A DNA stretch of 64,000 bases, taken from Podarcis muralis (Eukaryota). The stretch covers positions 76,570,001-76,634,000 of the forward strand of contig NC_135657.1 in assembly GCF_964188315.1 (NCBI RefSeq). Reading direction: 5' to 3'. A program made the translations under genes and the position numbers. Each line of letters begins with the position of its first letter. Position 1 is the first letter of the stretch. Under the pieces are notes generated by a model. That model had not been told where the DNA came from. It did not search any database and was given only the letters and a program-made list of their open reading frames with translations. Positions 11,508 through 22,932 of this stretch are shown here, piece after piece.

Positions 11508-14500
11508 TAAGCAGATGATATGGGTGAATGAAGCCCATCAGAGATGGCACCAGCTGAACCTGGAGAGGGAGAGCCTGCCACAGTTGGGTGCCTGTATCAA
11601 CAGCAACCTCTCCCATATTGCTTCACAGCAGATGCTTGCAACACAGCTAAATAGCTAACCATCTGATGCTTTATCCAAATCATTCCCAAGACATTCCAAA
11701 TCAACTTTCTGAGGCACTCACCTCACTCTGCCTAATGGCAGGGCTTGCCTGGTAGCCATTTAACCCCTGCACCTCGATTTTCACCAGCTCTACCTTCTAA
11801 TCTTTCTACCCTTCACTGTTCTAACAGACTGTATTAATGTCTAGCTAGTGCCAAGTTATCTCTCACTTCTGCCACCACCATGCAGCTTAACAGCAGGCAT
11901 GGTGTTCCATGTGGCCTGTGCCTCCAGAGACAGCTTATGCTTCTTTAGGTTGGAGTGGGAGAAGTATGCAGCCTTGAGCTATTTACAACTGAGCAGGGGT
12001 AGGCCGCAGATGGATCGTGGACTGCCTGCTGTCCTTGGGATAATTTTCATAGCTATTGTTGGAATATAATCATCTGCTTTGATAAAATAGCTTTCTAGCC
12101 CTCTTGATTCTAAAGATGTTAGAAAATGTTAGAAACAACAAAGCCATGTTCAGTTTGTTTACTTCCTTTCTAAAGCTGGATGATTTTAAAGATTGTGACT
12201 CAAGCTAATTGGGATATGGTTCTGGAAAAGGATGCCATAGAAAAAGCAAAGATGTCTACGGGGCATGGCTTGGGGAGTACCTACCACTTCCATGGCAATC
12301 ATTTTTCAAATAAAAATGATCTGTAAGAAAAAGTGGAAGTCAGTTGTAGACTACCCTTTATTAGTTACTTGAAGTTTTTTTATATAAAGGACCTTCACAC
12401 ACTGAAACACACTTTTGTTTGCAGAAGCTCATTTGGCAGAATCCATAATATACATGTACAGAAATCATAATGATCACTTATCCATTATGACACTATCTTC
12501 TTAGAAAAGGATCGTTCAATGTATTTCTGGTCCATCTGACTCTGCTTGTTTAGTCATGTTGTCCTACCCCATACCCTCATTTATCCACAAGTTTTAATTT
12601 TGAAAATATCCTTATTAAAATACTTTTAATACTCAAACACATACTTACTCAAATACAGACACATCTAAGCCATCCATCACCAGCTGACCTTAGACATTCC
12701 AATTAAAACAATGTAAATGTAATTCCAATTATAACAAACAAAAGAACAGGGAAATATTGTAACGTAAATACAGAGCAGGCTTCACATGTCTCTAGCAAAT
12801 AAAAATAACAGCTAAGATCTCATCTCTTACTAATGCCCTGGCAAGCACACTGCTTTTTTACTTGGTGCCAAAATAAAGAAGAGTTTGTGCTAAACATAGT
12901 GAGGCAGCAGGTGCATCAACCTTGCTGCTTGAACTGGAGGTCTCTTCTAGGTCTCATTCCTCTTCCTTGAATAATGTGCCCCCATCAACCTGGAGTCATG
13001 GTCATGTTGGACTCACATAGAGATTGCCCAAGCTAACACCACATATGCCAGGTAACTTTGAATACAAGACTGTACATTTCAGCACAGGCCACATTTCAAA
13101 TAAATCACAAAGACTCCTGACATAATATGCCATCTTGAAAATGACTGTGCTTTCCATTTCCAGAGTTTTGCATTCTTAGTTAATTCTTCTTTTCCTTTAC
13201 ATTGTGTTGTATTCTGCAAATTACACAGAATATTATTTCAGACCTGGGTTCTACAAGGTTCAAACTGATTTCAGTACTAGGACTAGAGTATGGAAACAAA
13301 TTATAAAGATGAGTGCCTCTAAATGTGTGTAGTATTCCCCCCCCCCTTTTAGCAACCATACCCAACCACTTTTTTATGAAACTGGCCAGCAGCCAGAAAC
13401 ACCTTCACCATGCAGAATTATGTTCCTAAACTCATTTTTTTGGAGGAGTAAATAATCTATTGCGGTTTTTGTTTTTGCCTCAGAAGGACTCATTGTGCAT
13501 CATGGAGTGTACTTAACAGATGTGGAATAAAATCAATCCATAGTAATGTAATTGTGCTATTCAGAGGGCAATTGTGGCTCTTCAGTTTTTCCACAAACGG
13601 AAATAAGCAGAGGACTGTAATGGATTACAGGAATTCTTGCATCAATACAGAAGCAGGGAAAGGGATGCTAAATAATGCAACCACATAGCAAATAAATAAC
13701 AGTTAGGATGGCAGAAACATGCTACAGAGTTGCTAATTTTGTGATTCTTCGGCTGCTTATTCAAGTCTTGGTTCGTGCTGCCTCGGTTCATGCTGAAAAG
13801 ACTAAGATATATGCATTTGGTTTTCAAAAATGGACAGCAATGGATAAAATAGCAGGGTTAAACCCCCCACCCCGATAGTTGGCATAATCTAGTCTTAACA
13901 CATATTATTTTATATTGGTTTCTGACTAGGAAGATATGCTAGGCAGAATATGAAATACTAAAAAGAGAGAGAATTAACACTAATACATCTATTTATTATT
14001 TGTTCCTGTTCTACAGTCCATCCTATGCTTTTTCTGCAGTCCATCCTTGCTTTTTCTCTCACAGCATAATGCAAAATCTGGTCCTGGGGGCCAAATTATG
14101 AGCCCTCCCAAGGGACAGAATTCTAAATACAAAAGAATGAATACAACTCGCTCTTTTTCTAGATGGAATTGTAACTCTCTTCCGGTGCCTATGGATTCCT
14201 AAGAAAGAATTCTCACCAAACTATACAGCCCTTTCAGGCATTCACAGTCTCTCTCTATCACATGCCATTGTTGTGAGAATGAAAGTGGGTAATGTTTCTT
14301 GACCTGTCCTCTCTGTTACATGCCCATTGCTTGGTCCCATTACCCTTCATGACTTGGAGGGCTAACTTCTGATCTATTTATAAAAACATCCTCAAAATGT
14401 ACAGTAGTTCTCCCAACATGTGGAGGGCAACAGAAATATGTCAGAAGAGGTGAAGCCAATGGCTGTTCCTTCTGCTTGCTAAATGGCACCAAGCAAAAGA

Positions 14501-14641
14501 TGGCAATAGTCAAAGTGCCTGAACAATGAAACATACATAGATCAACTTGTGTGTTTCTTTAACAGTTTATTTCAGAAGAGACATGTGGAAGAGGGGGCTG
14601 AACACTTAAGAGGAAACCTAATAGTTAAAATACCAGCAGTC

Positions 14642-14780
14642 NNNNNNNNNNNNNNNNNNNNNNNNNNNNNNNNNNNNNNNNNNNNNNNNNNNNNNNNNNN
14701 NNNNNNNNNNNNNNNNNNNNNNNNNNNNNNNNNNNNNNNNNNNNNNNNNNNNNNNNNNNNNNNNNNNNNNNNNNNNNNNN
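14642..14780. other. Assembly gap (139 N)
   Basis: Run of N; the ORFs 14549-14791 and 14618-14812 that cross it are artefacts. Confidence 1.
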
Positions 14781-16700
14781 TCAGACTTTAGTGTATTAGC
14801 ACAGAAAATCAATTAGGTAAAGAGCTATACAAATGAAGGGGAAAGTGTTGGCGAGTGGGGGGAAGCTCCAAGGATCCATTCACAAAGTGTGTTTGGGGGG
14901 GGGGGGAGGCTGTTTGTGAACTCTGCAGATGTAGGCAAACTGTAAGACCCTTTCCCTTCAAACTCTGATTACATATTATGTGTATTAAGCTTTGGCTAGG
15001 CTATTGATCAATATTAATGCACACAGCTGAGCTCTTTGCAATAAAATAAAATAAATATGTAGCACTGTTATTCACCTATAATAAATGCTTGAAACTGGTC
15101 ATGCTGCTTTTGGTCACTTGAGGGGCTTCAAGTCACACACTGGAGTGAGGAGTACTAGATTTAGGTTCTGCTAAGAGTGGCTTTTTCAACAGGATAGCTT
15201 GGGAGCATGACTGCGTGTGAGAAATCTGGGTTCAACTGTGCATATGGAACTGAACAGAATAGCTCCACCATTGGTGTTGGGGACACCTTATGAAGTCATT
15301 GTGCAGGTCTCAGAACCTCAAAGAATAGGCAGAATGCTATTTGTGACATGTGCCTTTTCCCTATATGGAGGGAGTTCTATGCATGCCAATTGTATTATGA
15401 GGAATGAGGGGTAGGTGCTGTGAAGTGCCTTCCCCCTGCGTTAAACACCCCTGCCGTGAAATTGAACCTCGCTGCAGTGAGTTTAGCAAGCTGTTGTGTG
15501 AAGCAGGGTTGACCCAATACATTTTGGCACTTGAGGCAGACCGCAAAATGGCCTCCTCCTCCCTGGCAGTGAAGAGAGGTTGAGGGAAGATCTATATCAG
15601 GAGCTTGGGGGGAGAAAGAAGAAAGATTGACATTGGGGTCTGCTGTGCCTGAGACAGCCATCTCATTTTGCCTCTTGGTTGGGTCGATCCTGGTGTGAAG
15701 CAGCTCCTCTCTCTACTAAATTTGCCTGCAGCAAGGTTTAATGGAGAGGGGAGCCACTTCACACAGCAGTTTTTCAAGCCTCCCCCCTCCATTAAACCTG
15801 CAGAGAGGTTTGTCAGCGGGTGAAATGCTTCACACAGCAGAGTAACAAGCCACTTTGTGAAGTGCCCCTCCTTTAAGAGTGGGTGTGGCTTGTGTGGAAG
15901 GGGAGGGGCTTGGGTGTGCTGTGGGGAGAGGTGAGCTGTAAAGTGAGTGTCAGATGTGGGGGAAGAGCAAAGTGGTAGGTCGACTTGGCGAGCGAAGCAA
16001 GCATGGATGGCAGTCCTGAGTACATCTATATACATATGCAGAATCCCCTTCAGACTAACACCAATCATGTGTTCGCTCGCTGAGAGTCATTGCTGATGCC
16101 AACTCTGGCTTCTAGGCATTCATGTTCCTTTACATCACGAGACAGAATGCCTGGAGAGGGCTGTTGTGTTTCAATATTGCTGTTTAGCTTGCTGATTTCT
16201 GCATTCAGCTTGTAGCAAATTGCATTTTTTTAAAAATCAAATGGAAAGCATAGAAGCAGAGTGAAGTTTGCTGCCTGGGAAGCATGACACATGCTAGAAG
16301 TTTTAGATGTTTATCAGCAGGAGGGTGTCTGGACCTGGCTGGAAAGTTGTGCATTCAAAGGTCTGCTGAACCTCATTGTGTTAATGTCATTTTTAGGCTG
16401 CCCCTTCTATTATTGTTGTTGTTGTTGTTGTACACTAATTTGATTGATTTTATTAGTATTTGTATTCTGCTTTAACAACAAACGTTGAGCTCAAAGTGGC
16501 TCACAATAATCACAATAGCATTAGGAGGAAGGAACCATGGTAAGCACTATATCAAATAAAGCAAACAACAATAAATCCATTAAAACAATTCACACAATTC
16601 AGTAACATCATAACCTGCCATTTCCATTCAAATGGAAAAGGGAAGAATTACAAGACAGGGCAGCCCTGCCTGAATGCATGCAAAGTCCTCTGCTGCGAAA

Positions 16701-16789
16701 GCTGCAATCCTGAGCACGCACAAGCCAAGTCACTCCTCACTGAACACAATGGGGCTTCCATCTGAGTAAATGTGCTTAGGATCACACTG
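16701..16789. mobile_element. Short (~90 bp) palindromic MITE-like relic; related decayed copies near 19520-19600, 23405-23480, 36555-36615 and 38072-38166
   Basis: Arms GCAATCCTGAGCAC / GTGCTTAGGATCAC around an AGT..CCCA.TGAA..CAATGGGGCTT core shared by the other copies. Superfamily (possibly PIF/Harbinger) is a guess. Confidence 0.55.
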
Positions 16790-17444
16790 TCCTAGTACTC
16801 ATAATAATTGAAGCAGGCTGAATATGTTCGCCTCACACTGTAGCACTGGTAATATTTGAATGTACGTAGTGCTATCATATGCCAATAATTGGATATTATT
16901 ATATACTCTAGCAATCATTCCCTCCACCCTGGGGCTTCTTAAGTACAAGCAGGTTTTTTTTTCAATGCCCTTTGTGCATTTTTAATTCTTAGCTCTCCTC
17001 ACGGCCCCCTTTTGCTTTCATGTGACATTGTTTGCCAAGAAGTGTTTCCTCCCGAGGACTTCCAGCGATCTCATTTGTCTCTTTCTCTGAAAGCCTACTT
17101 ACCTGCCCACCTCCTACTGAGACAAACACATCTATGTCCTTCTCGTTAGCTCATAGAGGTCAGTGGAGAAAAGAGGGGAAACTAAGCAGAAATGACAAGA
17201 TATATACCTTTGCTACTTGCAAGAAAAATTGAGAATACAGAAACTTATCCAGCTAATTATTTGCAAAGTATTACACGCACACACACACACGCACACACTT
17301 GGTAGAATTCTTCTTTCCTGTTTCTAGACAATTGCATTTGCTCACCTCTCCTGAAGCATGTCTAAACATTTAAAATAGAAAAAAGAAAGTCAAAGTGAAA
17401 ATTATTACCATTGTCAAAGACAGGATAACATCTCAGACACATAA

Positions 17445-17650
17445 TCATTGCTAGTTTGAACCTGTCTTACTGCTGTAGTCATAGTAAAACTAGCCAAGGC
17501 ACTATATCTCAAACTCCTTTGTCCAGCCATAAACTGCAAAATGGGAACGTAATTGTGATCTACATTACAGTGTTACTGTAAGGATCCCTGAGATATTGTA
17601 TGTGAAGCGCTTTGAACACTTCAGTGTGTTGCATACATGATGAATGATGA
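17445..17650 (+). mobile_element. MIR/CORE-type SINE, old
   Basis: CORE-like CTGCAAAATGGGAA...TACAGTGTTACTGTAAGGAT...GAGATATTGTATGTGAAGCGCTTTGAACAC. Confidence 0.65.
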
Positions 17651-19672
17651 TGATTAGCCTCGTCTAAACTAATCTGACACATGTCTTTGTTCCCTATTAC
17701 TGTCCTAAATATTTGCTTCAAAATGTATTAGACAGAAGACACTTGCCTCTTCACGTGGCCAGAATAATGTCTTTCCCATCCCACCATGCACAGGAAATAT
17801 GAAAGTAAAAATCCAAACTTTCAAACTTTCGCTCTGCAGGAAAATAAATGTCATGGTTGTCTATACACCAAAAGCAAATTCAAAAGCAAATTCACACTGT
17901 GCTTGTTAGATAAAATGATCCAATTAAAAGAGGGGGGAACTGAAGCAATCCCATAAAGGTAACTGATTAACACGAGTAAAGAAGTGTAACTAATTTTCTA
18001 GGATTTTACTTGCCGCTCACTTTCTGGCTTTTGAAACAGTTCAGCTTTAATTTCCTCCTTTTGGGGGCTGGTGGTGGGTTTTTTTTCCTGGGCATGCTTC
18101 ATACTATTTCACTCTGTTTGAACTGTCAGTCTTGAAGATGTAAATGATTTACCTACTGATCGCTACATATCTTTAGATGGTATAACAAAGCACTTTTTTA
18201 AAGGTGATATAACAAAATATTCCCTTTTGGGGGGGGGAAGGTTAGTGGGGTTGCCTCTTCCCTTTCAGATCAATAGCATAGTTGTTTGTCCCTCCCCACC
18301 CCTCCCCAGTCTCATAGATCTACTCTTCTGACATTGTACCCATCATTTAACGAAATATAGTAGTAACCGAATTCTCGGGGAACATGCCCTTTCAATAATG
18401 GCTGCACTCTTGCTTCCAGACGTTTCTCTCTCCCTCTTTGCCCCCACTGTAACTTCATCAGTGCGCGCACCTGAGACTTCCTGTGGAGAGCTAAAAATCA
18501 TTGGGTTTCAGAAAGTAAACACTGAGTTGTCTTTATTTTAAAGAAGTTTCAGCAAAGGTATACTTACAAATTGGCACAGCAGGTGTGTTTTTTCCAGCTT
18601 GTGGCAAGATCCTTTTTCAGTTCTGCCCAGAGGAAGTTTCAGGGGCAGGACTGAAGGAGAGGAGAGGCAGGAGTCAACATAAGTCTGTTCCTGTGGGCTA
18701 GCTCTTGTCCTGCAACAATCCCAGAAGTGTGTTTGAAATAATTAATTCCCTGTTTGGGCTTTTGCTTTGCATGAATGAAAATTTAATTTTTCTTCCTCCT
18801 GTATCTTTCTTAAAGAAACAACCAACATTGAGCCAGTTTGTGCATTCCCTTCTATAAACAGAGCACAACTATTTTAAATAATCGTCATAATCTAAATAAT
18901 TTTCAACACTTAAACTTTAAGGCAGACAACCATATTTACATTATTTATTCCATTAATCTTGGTTTCAGCAGACTACACAGGCGAGTGATTTTGCTACTGG
19001 ATTTTCACCCAAATGTTGTGTTTAACCAAACACCTCTGCTTTGTATATTAAAAATAAATAAATCATACCATATCAGTATGCTTTGGGGACTCTGTTAATC
19101 TCATTGTGAATTCATTTATTTCATTACCTGAGATAAAGTTACAGATCATTAAAAGGTGAATATTCATAGCTGATGACAGGATTTCCATACATCTAAAAAA
19201 TGCAGAACAACAGGCGTTATTCTGAAAACAACACTGAAATATAATGAATGAATGACAAACTAAAATATTGTAATGAAATGTGGCATTTGGTTTATTTAAT
19301 TGTTTAACTGAATTTATTTGTTTTAATTTCCATCACACCAGATCTTTCAGAAATGAGGATGAAAAGGATGCAAAGTTGTGCATTTGTTAACACAGAAAAC
19401 TGCCCTAAAGCTGCAATTCTAGAAGTAATAATTTCTGTATGCATATGGTAAGGTTCAGGCTGTAATAATAATTACGGTGAATCTAAAATATTTGTCCTAC
19501 TTTGAAATACCAAGGCAACCATGTACTTATTTACTTGGAAGTAAATTCTACTCACTTTAGTGGGGCTTGCTCCCAGGTAAGGGTACCCAAGACTGCAGTC
19601 TAAATCTATGTAAAAAATATAACTCCAAATAGCAGGGATGGGGATTTATGGTCCTCCATATCCTTTGAAACA

Positions 19673-20029
19673 GGACGCGGGTGGCGCTGTGGGTTAAACC
19701 ACAGAGCCTAGGGCTTGCTGATCAGAAGGTCGGCGGTTCGAATCCCCGCAACGGGGTGAGCTTCCATTGCTCGGTCCCTGCTCCTGCCAACCTAGCAGTT
19801 CGAAAGCACCCTTAAAGTGCAAGTAGATAAATAGGTACCCCTCCGGTGGGAAGGTAAACGGCGTTTCTGTGTGCTGCTCTGGTTTGCCAGAAGCGGCTTA
19901 GTCATGCTGGCCACATGACCCGGAAGCTGTACGCCGGCTCCCTTGGCCAATAAAGCGAGATGAGCGCCGCAACCCCAGAGTTGGCCACGACTGGACCTAA
20001 TGGTCAGGGGTCCCTTTACCTTTACCTTT
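19673..20029 (+). mobile_element. Sauria SINE (Squam1), full length
   Basis: Head GGACGCGGGTGGCGCTGTGGGTTAAACC, B-box GGTTCGAATCC, tail CCCTTTACCTTTACCTTT; decayed TSD ATATCCTTTGAAA (19658) / ATATACTTTGAGA (20030), 11/13. Confidence 0.96.
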
Positions 20030-20355
20030 ATATACTTTGAGATTCCAAAATCACACCTAATAATTTAATAATTGTTCTGTACAGCTTTTAGTGTGTTTTT
20101 TAAAAAAATTAAAATGTTTTTATATTGCTGTGCAGCACCCCAATATTTTGTCAGAGAATGAGATATAAATTGTCACCAGCCCTTGCCAGGTTAGATAATC
20201 ATCATGGATGATGGGAGCTGCTGTAGTCCAGCAACTTGTGGAGGACCAAAGTTTCCCCACCTCTGCTGTATAGGGTTCCTAGTTAGGCCCATAGCACAAA
20301 GGACTATGGATAGGAGAACTCCTGTGACAAATTTTGCTATTCTTCTTAAAACTAT

Positions 20356-20401
20356 GTTTTGTTTTGTTTTGTTTTGTTTTGTTTTGTTTTGTTATGTTTT
20401 G
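20356..20401. repeat. (GTTTT)n pentanucleotide repeat
   Basis: Seven perfect units plus a variant extension, read directly. Confidence 0.95.
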
Positions 20402-20497
20402 GTGCCCAAATTCCTCAAATGCTTTTCCAGAGGAGGCATCTCCAGCTCTGTCTCAATTTTTCACTTTAGGAGAAACTTGACAACAAGCCATCCCAGT

Positions 20498-20630
20498 GAT
20501 AAGAGCATAAGAGTCAATAGCCCATCTAGTCCAACATCCTGTTCTCACAATGAGCCAGAGGCCCATGGGAAGCTTGTAATAAGGACCCGAGTGCAAACAC
20601 ACACACTCTGCTTGTGATTCTCAACAACTG
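20498..20630 (-). mobile_element. CR1-clade LINE 3' tail fragment
   Basis: ATAAGAGCATAAGAG...CCCATCTAGTCCAACATCCTGTTCTCACA is the reverse of the tail at 470-542. Confidence 0.7.
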
Positions 20631-21611
20631 GCTGACTATGTTTCTTTCCTAGGTAGAACTGCCGTATTTCCAGGTTGTTGATCAAAGAAATGAATGAAAA
20701 ATACTCATTGTTTTCCTGATAGTCAACAGAAGCATCTATATCTCTGTCTTCAAGCTAAAGTACCTTTGTCAATGTACATATTGCCTGTAAAATAAAAATA
20801 AAGAGCTTAAAAAACTGTAGGATGAATAAGAACAGCTCTTTTGACATTCAGAAGCTTTTAACATACCTAGAATAAACATGCTCTATAAATAAACAACTTA
20901 CTTAAGTTGCCATTAACACTTAATCATATTAGCTAAAAGTGGATTTTTTCCTAGGATCACTTAAGTATAAAAAAGTTATTTTAAACAAACCAGGAAGAGC
21001 CTTGCATAAGAAAAGCTGGGCAGTCCAGACAAGTACAGTACGGGAAATATTTTCTCCTGGGAAGAGTTGAAACTGGCACAGAGTTCTCTTTAGCCAAAAA
21101 TGTCCCAGTTGAAAGCAACTCTCCCCCCACCAAAAACCCCCCAACAAACACCTTTCCATCTTTAAATGCAAGTTGTCCATGTCCCCAATTTAAAAAGCCT
21201 ATGCACTGAATGTAATGGGATCCCTCCATTCTCAGAAAGACTTTTGATCCGATGGGTGAATCCCCTAATGGAAGAGGCATGGAGGTGGACTTCACAGGTT
21301 CCTCTCCCTTGCTGCAGCCACTGGTGGGCATGAAAACCTTCTCCAGATAATTGAGGTGTCCTATTAGATGACCGTGGATGGAGACAGAGGGAGCTGCAGG
21401 CAGAAAGACAAATAAGCTATATATTTAAAAAGTCTCTCTTATTCTTAAGTTGGTGGATACTTTGACTAGATGCCTGTTATGCGAACAGAGACCTCTGTTC
21501 ATAGATGGGCCTTATCAGATACAACAATATGTTTAAATTCTTCTGTGGGTGAATTGAATTTATAGATTGGATGGTGCCTCATGCATGTAGCTCCATTCCG
21601 CCTTAAATTTT

Positions 21612-21759
21612 GCTTGAAGTGGTACAGTGTCTGCCTGTCATGTAGGAAGGTCTTGTGTTTAATCCTTGGTATCTCAACGTGGAGCAGAGAATGCCTCTCT
21701 GCCTGAAAGCCTGGAAAGTCAGTGTAGCTCCAGGTGAACCAATATTCTGATTCAGTATA
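21612..21759 (+). mobile_element. Squam2-type SINE, tail interrupted by the solo LTR and resuming at 22443
   Basis: Colinear with 43096-43292; the tail ...CCAATATTCTGATTCAGTATA continues as TGAGTATCTTATG after the LTR. Confidence 0.65.
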
Positions 21760-22442
21760 TGTCATGAACTGGCAGGATGACAGAGAAGAGGAAGAGGATC
21801 CCAGCAAGGGGTGTAGCCAGGACTGGGACACTCTGGGGCAAGCAGGGGATGGGGAAGGAAGTATTCACAGGGTGACGGAGGATGGCGAGGGGATGGAGGT
21901 CAGTCCACAGGAACCAGAGCAGCAGGACCCATCACCAGAGCCAGAGTGGCCGCTGTCCCCATGAACGCAGCAGGCTCAGAGGTATAGGAAGTAGTGGGAG
22001 CGGCGCTCTAGGAGGCTGACGCAGGCAAGGGCCCACATCCCAGCTCCCTAGCTGGCCAGGTGGGGCTCGCTAACTCTGTAGAGGGAAGTGATTCCTCAGC
22101 TAGAGTAGGCTTGGAACAGGTGAGGGTCACCTGCCTCATCAAGCCCAGATGTTGCAATCAGCACGCAAAGCGACAAAAGGGAAGCAGTGCTGATGTGCTG
22201 TGTCTGCTTAACTGCCTATGCTGACAGACCATGAGTTGGATGCTCCCGGACTGCTATAGATTGTGATTTGGGTTTGACTCTGGACCGTATCCTGACTGCT
22301 GGACTTCAGATGTGGCTTCCTTGGATTGATCCTGGACTGTGTTTCCTGACCTTTGGACTTTGCTTGTGTGGATTGACCTCTGGACTTTAAACATTGGATT
22401 GACACACTGACATGCTGCTGGGTAGGCCAGGGGTTCAGGACG
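21760..22442 (+). mobile_element. Solo LTR 1 (Gypsy-like, 683 bp)
   Basis: Starts TGTCATG, ends GGACG (CA mutated); 5-bp TSD GTATA at 21755-21759 and 22443-22447; GC-rich 5' half, GGACT-repeat-rich 3' half. Gypsy assignment is inferred from TSD length and architecture. Confidence 0.8.
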
Positions 22443-22796
22443 GTATATGAGTATCTTATGCCTCTAAATTCAGACATAATTCTTGTTGGGATTAGCAGTT
22501 TTAACCGGGTGCAGAATTGCAGGCATTAATTATTTGACTGCAAACATTAACTTCCCCTATAGATTTAGGGTTTATGTTGCTCATAGATAAGTTTTATGTT
22601 CCATCCCACCAATGCTTGCTATTTGAAAACAGTGGTTGTTTCTTTATGGGTTGATTTTAAAAATAGTCACAAATACTATTGTTGATTCAAATTGTTGCTG
22701 GACTCGTGACCTGAAAAGGCATAGAAGCTATCTAAGAAAATGCCTATGTAGAATGCAGGGTGGGTTTTGGGAAATTGCTGTACAATTGCTGTAGGA

Positions 22797-22932
22797 CAGG
22801 CATAGGCAAACTTTGGCCCTCCAGATGTTTGGGACTACAATTCCCATCATCCCTGACCACTGGTCCTGTTAGCTAGGGATGATGGGAATTGTAGTCCCAA
22901 ACATCAGGAGGGCTGGAGTCTGCCTATGCCTG
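22797..22932. mobile_element. hAT MITE, 136 bp
   Basis: 16-bp TIR CAGGCATAGGCAAACT (15/16); 8-bp TSD CTGTAGGA / CTGTAGAA; nearly fully palindromic. Confidence 0.93.

Noticed and set aside
15592-16068. 158-aa minus-strand ORF
   Set aside because: Overlaps the GC-rich motif cluster; no homology recognised, and stop scarcity is explained by composition.
19342-19447. Possible plus-strand exon (LSEMRMKRMQSCAFVNTENCPKAAILEVIISVCI, donor GTAAGG)
   Set aside because: Splice signals are moderate and the peptide is unrecognised; not distinguishable from chance.
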